Shown in pieces: positions 1 to 13,800 of a DNA stretch of 64,000 nucleotides. Both the position numbers and the translations under genes were made by a program. The stretch is taken from assembly GCA_000934665.2 (NCBI GenBank), contig JYFJ02001844.1, positions 1-64,000 on the forward strand, given 5' to 3'. The notes under the pieces are model-generated. The model was not told the DNA's origin, made no database searches, and saw only the letters and a program-made list of their open reading frames with translations. Source of the DNA: Catajapyx aquilonaris. Its lineage: Eukaryota. Numbering within the stretch: the stretch's first letter is position 1; the number at the start of each line of letters is the position of its first letter.

Positions 1-2873
1 AAAAATCCATAGCACAACAGCTTAATGAATTCTATGGTGCGTGCAGTACATTTTCCCCAACACAATGGCCATTTGCAGTACAGTCCTGGCATATACGTGT
101 CTCTTTACCTTCTATGCACGACCTTACCTTCTATATTTCTCCTTACCTTCAATATTTAGAAGGTATTTTGCACATAGAAGGTAATTTATAAGGTAAATGG
201 TTAAGAGTGTATATGCAGCACAGTGGTTTTAACTGGTATATGACAGAGGGCGAGATAGGACCTCAAAACGGTTGTACCAAAATTTGCATACTCTCTGACG
301 TGTTATCAGCCATCACTCACCAGCCGACTTTTGCATATTCCGGGTTTCAAAGTGAAAAGGCCTGGACAGCATGACCCTTGAATAGATTTGATTTTTTTTA
401 AATTGTGTGAACGATAAGCGCACACGGTATGAATTTCCATCACATTAAGCGACATTAAAATTAAAAAGCTGGGCTAACTTTGATACGGTTCCACATTGAA
501 CATATTGATTGTATGGTGCAGGATACACAATATTGCTTAGGTGTATAAACAGCACATATGAATACCAAATCCCTTGCATGTGGCACTGACTAGCACATTC
601 AATCAAGTAGATAAGAGGAGAGTAAAAAGACACTAATTTTTACAACCTGTACCAAATCCCTTGCTAAATCCATACTACATGTCTCACCTGTCAGGTCTAG
701 TAAAAGTCAAATGCTAAACAGGACAGAATAATACCACAACCTTCAGCATTCAAAACGCTTGTTGGTATCAAAAAATGGCACAAAATTAACTCATATCCTA
801 ATATTTCATCGTGTTACACCCGTCATTATGTACTGAATACATGATGACCTACAGACCAGCTGATCATGAATTCCTCTCATTCATCGACATTGCTTATCAG
901 ACCACACCAACTAATTACTGGACTGAGCTGACCGCAACTGAAAGGTTCTATCGTACATTGGAATAAATAGCAAACAGTCAAGCCAAAAGCAGATAGCTAT
1001 AGAGCCCTACGCAGTAGCGGGCAATGCGCTCGATGATTACCAGCAGATTTATACCCAGGAAACGACCTCCCGGCGTGAAATCTGTGGCTTCCACCACTGA
1101 CTCGGAATTCCCTAACACCAAAGATGCATCAAGCTACTGTCCCGCAGGGGAAATGTGAAATTTCGATAAAACGTGCTTCAGACCAGTACTGTCAGCCTCT
1201 TCTCAGTGCAAAAGCGAATTTAGCAACTCCTCCAAACTTCCGTAGGCTATACTACTACACGATCACTCCTGGTCCTTACACAGTGTTACAAATGTGCAAA
1301 TATTAGTCCCTCTCAAAATAACTCAAGTTCAATCGAATTTGCAGAGAAAAAGCACAGACGAAATTATCAGCAAAAGCTATTAAATTTGCTATATTTATCT
1401 AAACACAATCGAACTTTGCTTTGAGCCTGGACAAACATTGTATGCACATATTATAAAAGCCGTACAAATTAACTCAAACTGTAAAAGCTAACAAGGGAAC
1501 TGAATCCTTTGAAACGCCACTGTACAGTCCACGTGGAAAGTGCTATGTAAAACACTCAATTTCCACCATATAAAATTTATGCCACTTCACACTGCCATCC
1601 CTAGCAATAAAACCGGACTTTACTTTTCCATGCATTTTACACGTCCAGACTATATACATTTAAACTTACAATGGTCCGTGTTCAGACGTCTATATAACCA
1701 CCCTCGAAGACACCCCGAGTTCTGAGAATGTAAAGCGGGCAGCGTTTGCTGTTTGCCTAGACGGTCCTGCATCGTCAATGGGACTCTCGTGGCGAAACTG
1801 CTCAAAGGGACTGGACTCGAGTGTTATTACCGCTTTCTGGAGCCTAGTCTCTGTCATTCCTTCGCACTACGTAGACACTGTTTCACCGCTTCGTTTTTTT
1901 TTTTTTCCTACCCTGCAATTTCGCTCATACGCTCGCAAATGAGCACTTGGGGTCTCGCAAATCTCAAGGATTCTGCCATCAGGTGCTGGCTACGACCATA
2001 CAATGGTCGTGTATTCGCGTGTTCGCTTCATTACAAGTGCGAAATTATTTCGTGCTACCGGGCTACGATCGAACACCAGAAAATTGTACAACCATCTAAT
2101 AAAAGGCAGTGAAATCCACTCATAAGTAATTACGACCACATTCAATTAGTGGTGGCTGCAATCCAACTCCCAGAAGGTAGACCTCACTTAAAAACAGTTT
2201 CATTTCAGCTTCATTTCTGTGGATGAAGAAATCTCAAGACTTAGGGCTGGGAAGAAAAATGTGGGCAGATAGCATTCTGAGGCGGAAAATTGGAAAAGGA
2301 GCTTACTATGCTTTTTTTCTCTCACCGTCCTCTGCGGTTAATTTCCTAGCCTAGAAACACTTTCATTCATAACCTTAAGGATACTTTCCTCTAATGAAAC
2401 TGACTACAGTGGCAGATATATGCACGTTGGTACTATTATTTCTATGAAATTCACCGGATTCGACAAAATGTGGCCAGAAGCCAAAGGACCTCTTTTTCAA
2501 ATTGAATCTGCTGAGAGTATATAAAGAACTCGTGAGTACGTACCGAGTCGATCATTCAAGTAACTGTACTAGAACTTCTTGACCAATAAACCACGCAATA
2601 CCCTCCCTTAGGCCTTGCAAAATTCCAAAATGGTAAACACCAACTTCCTTCAAAGCGGCAACAGAAACGTATACCCCCTTTCACAACAAGAATCCAATTA
2701 CAGATCCAATTCCCGCCTGAGTGCTGCATTTGCCTTACATGGAAAACATTGTATCGGAAAAGCCATACTTGCCCCGGAACTACAGTTAGGCGCAAGAAAC
2801 AGTTCCTAGGGAGATCAGCAAGAGGCTTCTATGCAAAGTTCAGCGTTGCCTTCTGAATAACATCCTGATCTTA

Positions 2874-3212
2874 CAAGGGAACGACCACGGTCGCGGTCGG
2901 TCGCCTCCGATTTGGTTGAAACTCGCTTGAGGGGTCACTCATATGCGATAGACACAGTGATGAAAGTCCTAGATGCCACTATCCATCCGTTTCCTCGATA
3001 TGAGCGGCAGAAACATCCAATTTTTGGCCGCGCGTATAGGGGCAGGCCGGCATCTGTACGCACGGCCAAAATTCGGATATTTTGTCGCTCATATCTCGGA
3101 AACGGCTGGACAGTGACATCTAGGACTTTCACCACTGTGTCTATCACATATGAGTGACCCCTCAAACGAGTCTCAACCCAATCGGAGGCGACTCACCTTG
3201 GTCGTTCCCTTG
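2874..3212. mobile_element. MITE / foldback-type non-autonomous DNA transposon
   Basis: Ends CAAGGGAACGACCA and TGGTCGTTCCCTTG are reverse complements, and the imperfect inverted arms run about 160 bp each, almost to the centre. The mirror-image ORFs 2912+ and 2935- reflect this symmetry. The TSD is unclear (ctta/atta). Confidence 0.8.
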
Positions 3213-4606
3213 ATTAGTGTTTTTCGTCAACTGAAAATACGCGCTATGTCCTTTAAAAAAACCCCAAAATCAACAGCTATTGGTTGACGACCCCATGGTG
3301 CGAAATTTTCATCCACAAAGTTTGTGGCATCTTCAGTCAATATATTTGCACAGCTTGAGCGGAATTGCAATAGATTGGAGCGAAACAATAGTTATCGCAC
3401 TGGGTTGGCGGTAAGCCAACACAAACGCCCACCTCCAGACAAGTAAACGAGTGTCTTCAGGGGGTTAAGACAAGTTTCCGCAACAATGCTATTGTCAACA
3501 AGTTTTTCTGCTCACTAATTAAGCCGCCTCACTTTAATTAGAACTTCGTGAGCGATGGCCTATAATGCTCATTGTGCCCGCTCACCTGCAGTTCGCATTA
3601 ATATCGCGCTGCAATTACGAGAACTTTTGTTTCGAGTTGATGACCCCCTCTGGGTGTTTGCGCAATGTATACATTGTTGTATTATTTCGCCAGGGGAAAA
3701 AATCTGGATACTGGGCAGCACCTTTCACATTTGACTGCAACATTACTCATGGTCATCATAGAATAATTCCCCTACATCGATTCCATCAGCATGGATTATT
3801 TTTCATTACCCAGCCTGCAAATGGAACATGGTCCCCCCCAGATGAGAATTTGTTTTTAGTTCGCTGGTACAGCTTTCAATCTGCTCTGGGAATGACATCC
3901 AGCGTCATCCATTCTGGCCGGATGGGTACGGGGGACAGCATTTGTCTACAAGCCCGACTTGAACTCAAGTGATTCGCCCTCTGATTTATTATTCCCTTCC
4001 TTCCTTTCTTCGCCTGTTCGCTAAAATATTGACAGACACAAATCCGCCAATTCCACTGCTGTCCACCACACTTCAATAAGTTGCTTCGGGGAGTTAGTGC
4101 TCTTCTTTATTGGATCGGTTTTATCTTACAAAGGACTATCAACCTTTATTAAACATCCGCAATAGCCGTTGATGCTGATAATTATGTAATCTATATAATC
4201 CTATTGAAATGAACACCAATAGTATTTAATTAAAATTTTCGATTGCATATCAGTGCTGAAAATGTCAACATGGCTTATGTGTGTGACAGGAAACGGTTTC
4301 ATTTGCAGTGAATTGCCGAACCGCACGATATTTGCACAATATTAACCTACCAAATAATTAAGTATTACGTAACATTAAATGAGAACGCGTAGAAACCGCG
4401 AACCATGTTAATGAATTTTCGCTCATGGACTGCATTGATGAAATAAACTACGCAGAAATGTAACAATTTGCAATATTTTGCAGACCTCGTAATGAACCCA
4501 GTCCTATTACTTCAATTTAAATTAATGTCAACTGCAGTAACGCGTCTGACCCACCTCCACCTCCCTTAATTTCGCCACCAATGTAACAAAAACATATCAT
4601 TTGAAA

Positions 4607-4978
4607 TCTAATACATATTTCTCAACGTACTATGTCTGTCTGTCTGTCTGATCCCGATGCAAATCCATACAGAGGCCTCGATATATGCCCCAGGGGAATG
4701 ATTAGGGGTAGTTTTTTACTGGGGAGGTCATAAGCACATTGGACTTGATCTCCGAGGTCATCCTTGGCCGCAGGAGGCGAAAATGACATTGGGACATTGG
4801 CCCGCGTTCTAATCATGCGTAATGGGATGTAAACAACTCCTCTGTTGAGTTGCCTCAGCCTGGCTAATGTGAAAGGATACGGATGTCCTCTAGGTATATT
4901 ACATATTATTGCAGGACTCTTCGGTTACTCCTATGGAAAAGTATTTCATAACCCGAGCAACGCTGGGTATCCTGCTAG
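4607..4978 (+). mobile_element. Non-autonomous Helitron (rolling-circle element)
   Basis: Starts with TC after an A (A|TCTAATAC), has a (TGTC)n microsatellite near the 5' end, a subterminal GC-rich hairpin ACCCGAGCAACGCTGGGT (4951-4968) and ends CTAG|T at 4978. This matches the A/T insertion signature of insect non-autonomous Helitrons. Confidence 0.8.
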
Positions 4979-7694
4979 TGTTGAATAAAATTCGAGTCAA
5001 GCAACAACATGTTTCACTGCCATATTATACCCAAAACAGCATAAGCCAACCTTGAGATGCTTCATATTTTATGCACATTTGGTGGTTTTCATTGTAACTC
5101 TTTTTCTGTGTAGTTATTACGATTTCATGTTTAAAGTGCTTCTACAAGCGACGAATTGAAATAACAATGAGTCGGCAGCAACCACTGGGACACATTCATA
5201 ATTCAGTAACGAAACAGTTTCGTGCGCAGTTTCCGTGCCCTGTAGCAAGTGTTTTCTCCGAGAACCACAACGCGGCAGTTCATTTTTTCCGTTGGTTTTT
5301 GCCTGCGACAACAGATGTCGCTCTCACATTTTCGTTTATTGAAGTCACTTGTAAATGTGAAACTGACGCTGTTGCAAATCGGTGATAACTCATGTGGCTA
5401 TACTTTACTTACATATGCGGTCAGCACTGGAACAGGTAAAAATTAAAGAAAATTGTTGGATCAAAGGTGAAAATTATTGCAATGAAATGGTTTGGAACAG
5501 GCTTGTTCAGCTTAGAGAGAATAATACCGTATGACATATTACAAGAACAGCTCTTTCAAGATTGGCTCCCTGAAAAAAACGGCCTATTAGCATCCCTGGA
5601 CGCAAAATCGAAGAAATCTAGCACAAGTTGTCAGATTTCGCAGAGTGTTACGTTCAGAGAAAAAACAAAGGTTAAAAAGTGCGGTGGTGTTATGGAGAAA
5701 ACCCGACCGGAATTTCGAAGAAAAAACCAAGTAAAAATTGAGCTCCCGTGCATTCCCTCAATCAAGTATTCATGCACATGCTCCGTAATTTAGGAAATTT
5801 CTAAATGCAATTACAATTCTTGCGAAAAATTATGATGTCCATTTGTTTTGTGACAATCCGACAACACTGGTTGGATTTCACCAGAGAAAACTCTTACGTC
5901 CCGAAACGAGCCAAAAGTAACCTGTCACAAAGGTTGTCATAGGTATCGCTCGATCTAATCCTACAAAGTGCACGAACTGCAACGAGAAACTTATATAGCT
6001 ACCAGTTTATGTGTTCAAAAGAGTCGACTTTCCGAAGACCCGCTCTCTCTAAATGTTCAACTTGGGTGTTCCCTAGCCAACAGAATTCAATAAGCCAACT
6101 GCAATGATATCCTCTGATGCTCCAAAACTATTCAAGGTACTTACAAAAAAAAGTCCTAAGTAAAAACAACCCGCGAAATTGCATATTGTAAGTCGCGGTT
6201 TTGGTCATGTCTGATATAATATGATCCAAAGTAGGTCGTGCTTTTGATATGCTTCAAGCAATAATGCAAAGTATCAAAGGATAAACTAGCTCTGAAAGTA
6301 ACCTAGGACTAAATCCTATACACAATAACTGACGGCATGACGTAAAATGAGAAGCTTTCACTCTTATGAGCTAGATCACTGTCATCCCCCCAAGAGCCTG
6401 CATCTAACTTGAGCAACAAGCCCCATCTCTATAAAACCTCAAAAGCTATTCTCATCTTGCAGCAAGAAGGAATATTAGGCATTAATTTTTTTTTCCACAT
6501 TTTTTGTGGACGGTTCAAGTACATGTACAAAAACTGTAAGCAGTAAATTTTTCCGGCATATACAAGGTGTTCCGTGTAAATTGTCCCACTCAAAAATTAA
6601 TTGTAATTACCGATAAGGGCTTATAATCCATGGATTTATTCAATTTCCCCACAAATTTTCCATCCAAGGTGCAAAAAGGCTGTAACTAAAATTGGTATTT
6701 CAGTTGGAACACTCTTTACACCAACGCCTTTAACGATTCCACATGTGGCAGGCAACTTTTTCCGTCCAGGTTGAGGTCAGTCCGAATTTCCGTCTTGGAC
6801 GGAAGGTTTAGCCAATAAAACGGTCTCGTCACGTTCGATACGGGTGCCACTTTGCTGAACCCACATCGACAATCTATAGGAAAACCGTCTGCCAAATGGC
6901 GACTTATTGCATCCTCGACTTCACGTTTCCGAGGAGGAATTGAGAAAAAAGGCGGCACCTGTACTGAATAAGTGGAAACTGGTCAGCCTTCCGCACTGCG
7001 ACCGGACCATCGAAGCCTATAGCCTCTATGAAAAATATATATCAACAGAAGAACGGCGGCTATTGGGGCATAAACCATCACAAAACCTTCCAGAAAACGG
7101 ATAGCACGTCACGAAAACGCCTCATAACTCCTTTCCATCTCAACTATTAATACACCCAATCCGTTAATGATAGATCGGCTATTCAATCATTGATGTCCAT
7201 ACCGCCATTTCCCAGAGACATCCCTAAAAAAGTGTCCTACTAATCCTGCAGATTGGTGTCCTCTCACGCGCCCGAGGTTTTTTTTCCTCCACATCTCTCC
7301 TCGGAACCACTCTAACCGCTTCAAATGGATGCGGCTTACATGACAGCCAGCACGACGCCTGCAAACAAAAATTCCGCATGTAGAAGCTCGCAAAAGTCAG
7401 CGCAAAAGTGTGATCCATACGTTCCATGTAGATACAAAATGGCATGCCCAGAGGCCATTTCCGGAATTACGAGTAATTACGCTGTCCTCTTAAAGGTTAA
7501 ACGATGAGCCAGTTTTTTTTACGAAGAGTTATGTATAAGGTCCGTTGCATGTGGCGATATCACGAGTTGGTCAAAAATGCGACACTCCGAAGCTCCGTCT
7601 GGCTCCGTGGACCGGTCCCGACTCAAGCGCCTCGGGTGGCAAGTAAAATAACCATGGTCATAGAATACTAAGGTCTGGACACTTCCACCTACCC

Positions 7695-7969
7695 CCTGCC
7701 GGGGCATTTTGTAGGAGGTGCTCACCTGAGAGCGCCATGAGACCTTTCACTGCACTGTTATGTGGCGACCCTACCGGACTACCCTGAACTTTATAGGTAT
7801 ACAAAAGGGAAGCGCTACAATGGGGGACCCATCATGGTCGCCGGCGGCCACGTTGGGCCCGCATGTACCTATAAGTTCAGCGTAGTCAGGTAGGGTAGCT
7901 ACATAACAGTGCAGTGAAAGGTCTCATGGCGCTCTCAGGTGAGCACCTCCTGCAAAACGCCCCGGCAGG
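7695..7969. repeat. Long inverted repeat (about 105 bp arms, about 60 bp spacer)
   Basis: CCTGCCGGGGCATTTTGTAGGAGGTGCTCACCTGAGAGCGCCATGAGACCTTTCACTGCACTGTTATGT... (7695-7799) is the reverse complement, with few mismatches, of about 7864-7969. Confidence 0.9.
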
Positions 7970-9808
7970 CGATAAGATAAGAACGTAGGGATAGTGTCCG
8001 GGGGCTGAAAATAACTGAAGGAACATCAGGCAATCACAAGCCCACTTTACATTCATGATTCTGCCAGCTAATACAAGCCCAATCCCTTTGGAAGTTACCC
8101 ATACTTTGATAGGCTGTAACGGCTCAACTTTCGCGACATCCCACGCCCAGGTCATTCACCTCGGACCTGCAACATACCGTATATGCTGACGTAACAATCT
8201 TCACCGGATGCCGTTTGCTATAATGAGATCCCATAGTGGCCGGATTGGATCTCACCTTTTGTCCGCAGAAAAAGAAGATATCAACCGATCGTGATGGGGT
8301 GTGGCAGACATTCAGGGGACATCTGCCCCCCAATTTATGGGGATTGGGCCAATCCGAGAAGCTGTCATCCTCTTGGTAATCGACGGCCAAAATCTGATCA
8401 TGGATGAAGACATCTCCTCCCAAAAATTCCCTAAAGACTACTGAAGACATTTTATTAACCCCGTCCCTTTTTTGGGGCTCCATCCTATAAAGTGATATAC
8501 CTCATAGATAAGCTATAGGACAACTTGATTCCGACGCTGACGGCACTAACACCGGAATTTAAGGCATATCCGGCAGCAGTACAATCGAAAATTCCGGCAG
8601 TTGGTTGTACCGGGATATAAAATTTTGCAGTGAGTAAGGTCGTGGAGAAAGCTTTTCCTACGACAAATCCGGTCCGGAGTCTAGTCAGAGTTCACATCGT
8701 TGAGGCGTCTCATGAAATTCATGGGGGCACCAAAGCGGTTCCTGGAATGGGTCTCCGGAATCCTCCAGGACCAACTCCCACGAGCTCTGTTAATGTTTAT
8801 TTAGGTCATTCCATGCTTTATTCCGGTCAGTGGCCCGGACTCTTAATTCCGGGATGGGCTGTGGTCGGAATTGGGCGGCCAATTTCATCCCTGATCCCAC
8901 AAAATGGCCTTCAGAAGTGACACGTCTCGCTCCAACGCCTGCCCACCGCTAATCGCCACTGATGCCACCAGCGGATTTTTTCTGAAAATGAAGCCATCCA
9001 TGCCCGTTTAGTCCACTTCTGGGGCTCTCTGTCCCCAATAGTTTCCATGTCAACTTTAAATGAGCTGAGTGGCTATATGCTAATAGAGTTTCTAAAACCA
9101 ATCCGAAAATTGACATTGTCATACCGGATGCACACTGATGTTCTCAGCTGATGCCGGTATACACAGGTTTCTCCATTCTGAGTGACCATGGGGTCCAGCA
9201 GACGAGTTGACCACTTGCACCAATTCTCCACATAGCGTCTGAATCGTTGTCTTGGGGCTATAACCTTGTCTCGAGACCTATAGTCCCCTAGTTTAGAACC
9301 GTAACCCACGCTTCACTAACATTATCTTCATTTCAGTTCGCTATGCATACAAATAAGAAATTTATTCCCTTATCCTGAAGAGTCGGGGATTGGCAACGAA
9401 TGGAAAAGCGCTTCCAAACAGGATGCCCAACTTATGGAAACGTCGAAAAAATATGACTAATGACAGTGGAAAGGCAGTCGATGAATGGCTTACAGTAAAG
9501 TTGCACTCCAGACTTTTTTTTCCCCCTTTGCCATGCTTCTGTACTCTCGGTTCTTCCAAGATTACTTTCTTCGGAAATCAATCGATAGTACACGTCGGGC
9601 AAGTCACACAAAGAAAACATCCCTTGTTTGTAAAAAAGTACAGGGAGCATTGATAACAAAATTCAACAAAGGGAATGCACAAAAGATTCCGCAAAGACGC
9701 TCCAGTGCACAAGTCAAAATGTTCGAGATGGCCGAAATGTGGTTTTCCGGCAAACTCTTCAGCATCTTGCTCAGAGAATATTCCAATCAAGATCCTGTTG
9801 ATTTTGCA

Positions 9809-10035
9809 ACGAAAACATCATATTTAAGTACCTTGTAATAAAAATTGTATTCCAGCACTTTCCTTTACTCAGAACTAGGTCATATAACAATTTAAATCAG
9901 CTAGGTCATATTTAATATCAGCGAATTTGGTACAAATTCGCTGATATTTAATTTAAATTGTTATATGACCTAGTTCTGAGTAAAGGAAAATGCTGGAATA
10001 CAATTTTTATTACAAGGTAAATATGATGTTTTCGT
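9809..10035. repeat. Near-perfect AT-rich palindrome (about 227 bp)
   Basis: ACGAAAACATCATATTT...AATATCAGCGAATTTG-gta-CAAATTCGCTGATATT...AAATATGATGTTTTCGT, with the centre at about 9931 and small indels in the left arm. Confidence 0.9.
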
Positions 10036-10654
10036 CCCTCAGTGGTCAACTCAATGACCAACCATAAAATCATATATGCTTTTTCATATCAACAACTGAA
10101 TTTTGAAACATACCAAAGCCACGCTAGTAAATCCTGATACAAACTGAAAATACACAGCCCAGCTGACAATACGTTCTACTTGGCCGAACTTTCTACCTGC
10201 GAATATTTCCTAAGCTCCCCCAGCTGGAAGCCAAGCAGCAATAAGAACGAGCGGCGTTTCAGAAATGATACGACGGAAGAACATTTGTTACGGAGACGGA
10301 GTTTGCAACGCAGACTATAAATCCACGCTAGAAAGTTTACATTCAAGCTTCAGCTTGTGTTTTATACAAAAGAACACCATAAGCCAGCCGAGTATTTCAT
10401 CCGCAGAACAGGTAACAAGAATTGCCTACGTCAGAATGCACAATACACTTCTAATTCAATAGATTTTGAGTAGGTTTCATTATAAAGCCCACACACATCC
10501 CAGTAAATTCAAGCTTTAACGGTTGTGGCATCTACACTCATAAAACACCCCTAGAATAACTGACAATCCCTGGTATTTCATTCGCAACTGCCCAGACCTG
10601 TCTGGAATTTCATTACACGGGGTGGGAGGCAATGACAACAATGTGGTTACTTAC

Positions 10655-10834
10655 CAAGAATCTGCTGTTTGCTTTCTAGAAGCTCGTGGTAGCTGCGGGC
10701 TAACAGAGTGGCTGGATTGGACGGTCTAAAGCCGCCTTTGGTCACTAGTCGCTCGCAAGCTTTCATCAGGGAGAAGGAAAAGTCTCCTGGGTCAATCCCA
10801 TATCTTCTCCAACCACCCACGCCATCTGCTACAC
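10655..10834 (-). CDS. PPTC7: PTC7-type PP2C phosphatase, coding exon 2
   Basis: Encodes [31 protein letters not shown]...[21 protein letters not shown], with the PP2C metal-binding DGxGG motif in PTC7 context. Acceptor ttgcag| at 10835 and donor |gtaagt at 10654; 180 bp, phase 1/1. The later exons (GSSTAC...) were not found in the window. Confidence 0.93.
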
Positions 10835-13800
10835 CTGCAAGAGAATACAAGTTATACCAGGTGGAATCGGAAATATATAGGATGAGTATATCCTCATCCT
10901 GGAAGTGCTTCATGGACAGCAAACAAGGTTCTTAAAAGCCCACTATATAGATCGGGTGTACCTCGTATCTCCCAAAATATGGTGACACTTCAAACAATAA
11001 GCCACGGATTAGACCAAATAATTACATGGCTTATTGCCGAGTGTTGGAAAATAGTAGTAATAATATGGCAATTAACGTCTTCGCGGGTTAATCCCCAGTT
11101 TGGAGCTCATAACCAAAAAGCTGGCTTGAATGATGGCCCTTATTAAAAACAATGGCGGTAAATCCTGATAATCTGGAAACACGATAATGGAGGCCAGACT
11201 TGCCACAAGCTGTGATTCGCCGTAAACGCCACGAAGCCCAAAATTTGAGGATTACGACCGCGACAAATTGGTTTCTCCTGTTACTTCACACGAGCACGGT
11301 CATAATTACATAGATTATCAAGGGTACAATTCTGCTTCTTTGATAAAAAGCAAGCAAACCCCGAACAAAAGCAAGTCAAGAAAATATATACAGCTATAGC
11401 TAACCCTACAAAAATCCAGGCTTGGACAAGCGGTATAACGAAATACCGACACAAACAAAACCACACAATTAAAATTCCATGACGCAGGTCAAGACCACTC
11501 GTGCCGAATATGCATCGACGAACCGAAAGAGAATAGTACTAAAATTACTGGTCCACATGCAACGAGTCACCACAATTGGTTACCATGGAACAGGCCGGTG
11601 AATAACATTGTAAAACCTCCTCCCTTTTGCATCCAGGAGCTGAAAATCCCACCTAATTGGGAAGCTCCACAATGGGATAGTTGATTACCCCTCGTAAAAA
11701 ATAGAGATCCCAAACGATAGCATCCTAGTGGAAACTACGCCTAAAAAGGGGGGGCTTGTCTAAGTCGGAGGTAACCGGTATCACATAATAGAAGGCTAGA
11801 TAACGATAAACTTACGAGATAAGCCCAAGTAAAAACCTCATCAGCCGAAGCCTCCGATGATAATTCCTACAACTTTTCCAATCTTCCCTTAACTGCAAGG
11901 ACCCCCGATAAAGATTGGTATCAAGATTCGCCTGTGTGCACGCAATACAAGTCACATAAGGAGCAACTCCGTACTAAAAATAAACAATAAATGAACACCT
12001 GAAATAACAAATATTAGCCTTATACGCTATCTTCAGGCCGCCAAATCTTCCGATCACTAAATTACCATGTTAATAGGCCAGTGAACTCTTGAAATATATT
12101 GGCCACCTACATGCTCATATTGTTATTAAATCATTACTAAACGCACGGCCATTGACGTAATCTCTTTGCGCTTACTGCTCACAGTTATTATTCCTCCTCC
12201 GGAAACGGATTTAAAGCATCGTAACTCAGCGGTCATTCCGCTGGTCGGAAATGATCGCGAACCGCATTCGGCACAATTCTACCGATTTCCACTTGGAAAC
12301 GATGAAACCCATGGTCCATAAACCAGAGTGATTCCTCAACATTGCTGCACCTTCATCCTGAAATGTAGACAATCAACACCGGGGCGTTCGGGTTGTACAC
12401 GCGCCAGGATAACGAAAATTTCGAGCATTTCCGCTCATACTTGTAGCTGGCAGCGACCACGATAGCTGAAAGCTCCATATTGCGGGCGGTATAAAAAGCG
12501 GTATATAAAGCGTCCAGCTAGGAAATGAAAGAGGGCATTTGCTGGCTATAAACGAGACAATAAAAGCTAGCTACCTGTCCCCAGCCATAACTTCTCGACA
12601 ACCAGACTTCGGGTTCGTTTAAAGCTGCAAAAAAAAAAAAAGTTGGGGGCCATGACAGTTATGGCGTCTCAAAAAGGTGGGGTAAATGGCTTTACTGTTC
12701 CGGAGTACACGTAACGTTAACAGAATCATCCGAGCTCAGCACCAATTAAATCTTGGGCGTCAGGTTTTCCCAGCCCCCGGGGGCAGCTCTCCAGCTAACC
12801 TGATTTATGAAATTGTTTATTATTTCGCCCCCGCTGCGCCACCGCCCATGGGAAGTGTTCATAACATCTGCGAGATTTATCGCCGGACAGACTATCGCAT
12901 TTGGATTATTTCAAGACTGTGAATAGTGTGAAAAGTTATAATGCAGAGTCCTACAATATTCTGTGCCTACAATTGTCTGGGTGTTGCAAAAGGTCACAGT
13001 GTTGAAGCATATTGAGCGATTGTTTCCTCATCTGGACGACTGAAACCATGAGCGTTTGATCCTCACTGGAGCCTGGAGAAGGGATGAATCCTGTGGAAAG
13101 CTGTTTGCAGGCGGTGAAGAATGGACAGGTGAAATGGAGCGGAACACAGTTCCTATGGCCACAACCCCATTTATAGGTTCTCTTATCAAAGGTCTGCAAT
13201 TTACGACATATGTGTTTTGGCGGCTCCATCGTTTCCCTGCAAAATGCGAATTCCAGGAACCTTATATATCTGATTCCCGCTGGTGTACGGTATTAAAACC
13301 GCAGCTGGCGAGTTATTTATGAAAGTACTGTGCATGATGTTATCCCACAACATACAGGCAGAAGTTTTTCACCCATTTGGGACGGGAAAGGGGAGGTACA
13401 GTACCCGTTCAAAACTTGTAAAAAAAAACTGGAAATCCGCCACATAAGTAATATTTATTGGAAAAATTCACTGCGACGGAATACACATTTTGCATGTCAC
13501 AAAACTTGGGACGTGCCCCTAATTTCCTCGGGAAAAGGAAGAGGTCATTCTTCCTTCCCATATAACAGGAGCCTGGAAACCCAAGTTAAGTTACTTCCCT
13601 AATGGTGATTTATGTGTGACAGGCCAAATGGCTATGTTCGTGACTATGCCGTCTTCATTACCCAGGTGGCCGACAGCTAACTTCTTCCCCGGCGTCATTT
13701 CGCCAGAAAGTACCCAATTCATTTTTTCACCTCCAGTACACCCACCGTCGATTGATTTCCGGGTATTGTTTACGTGCTTTGTTATAGATGAAGGTGAGGA

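Noticed and set aside
2912..3165. Pair of similar sense and antisense ORFs
   Set aside because: They are a by-product of the palindromic MITE.
9432..9786. F-box-like fragments (LKSLPENHISAI, LCDLPDVYYRLI)
   Set aside because: The matches are short, in different frames and too weak to call.
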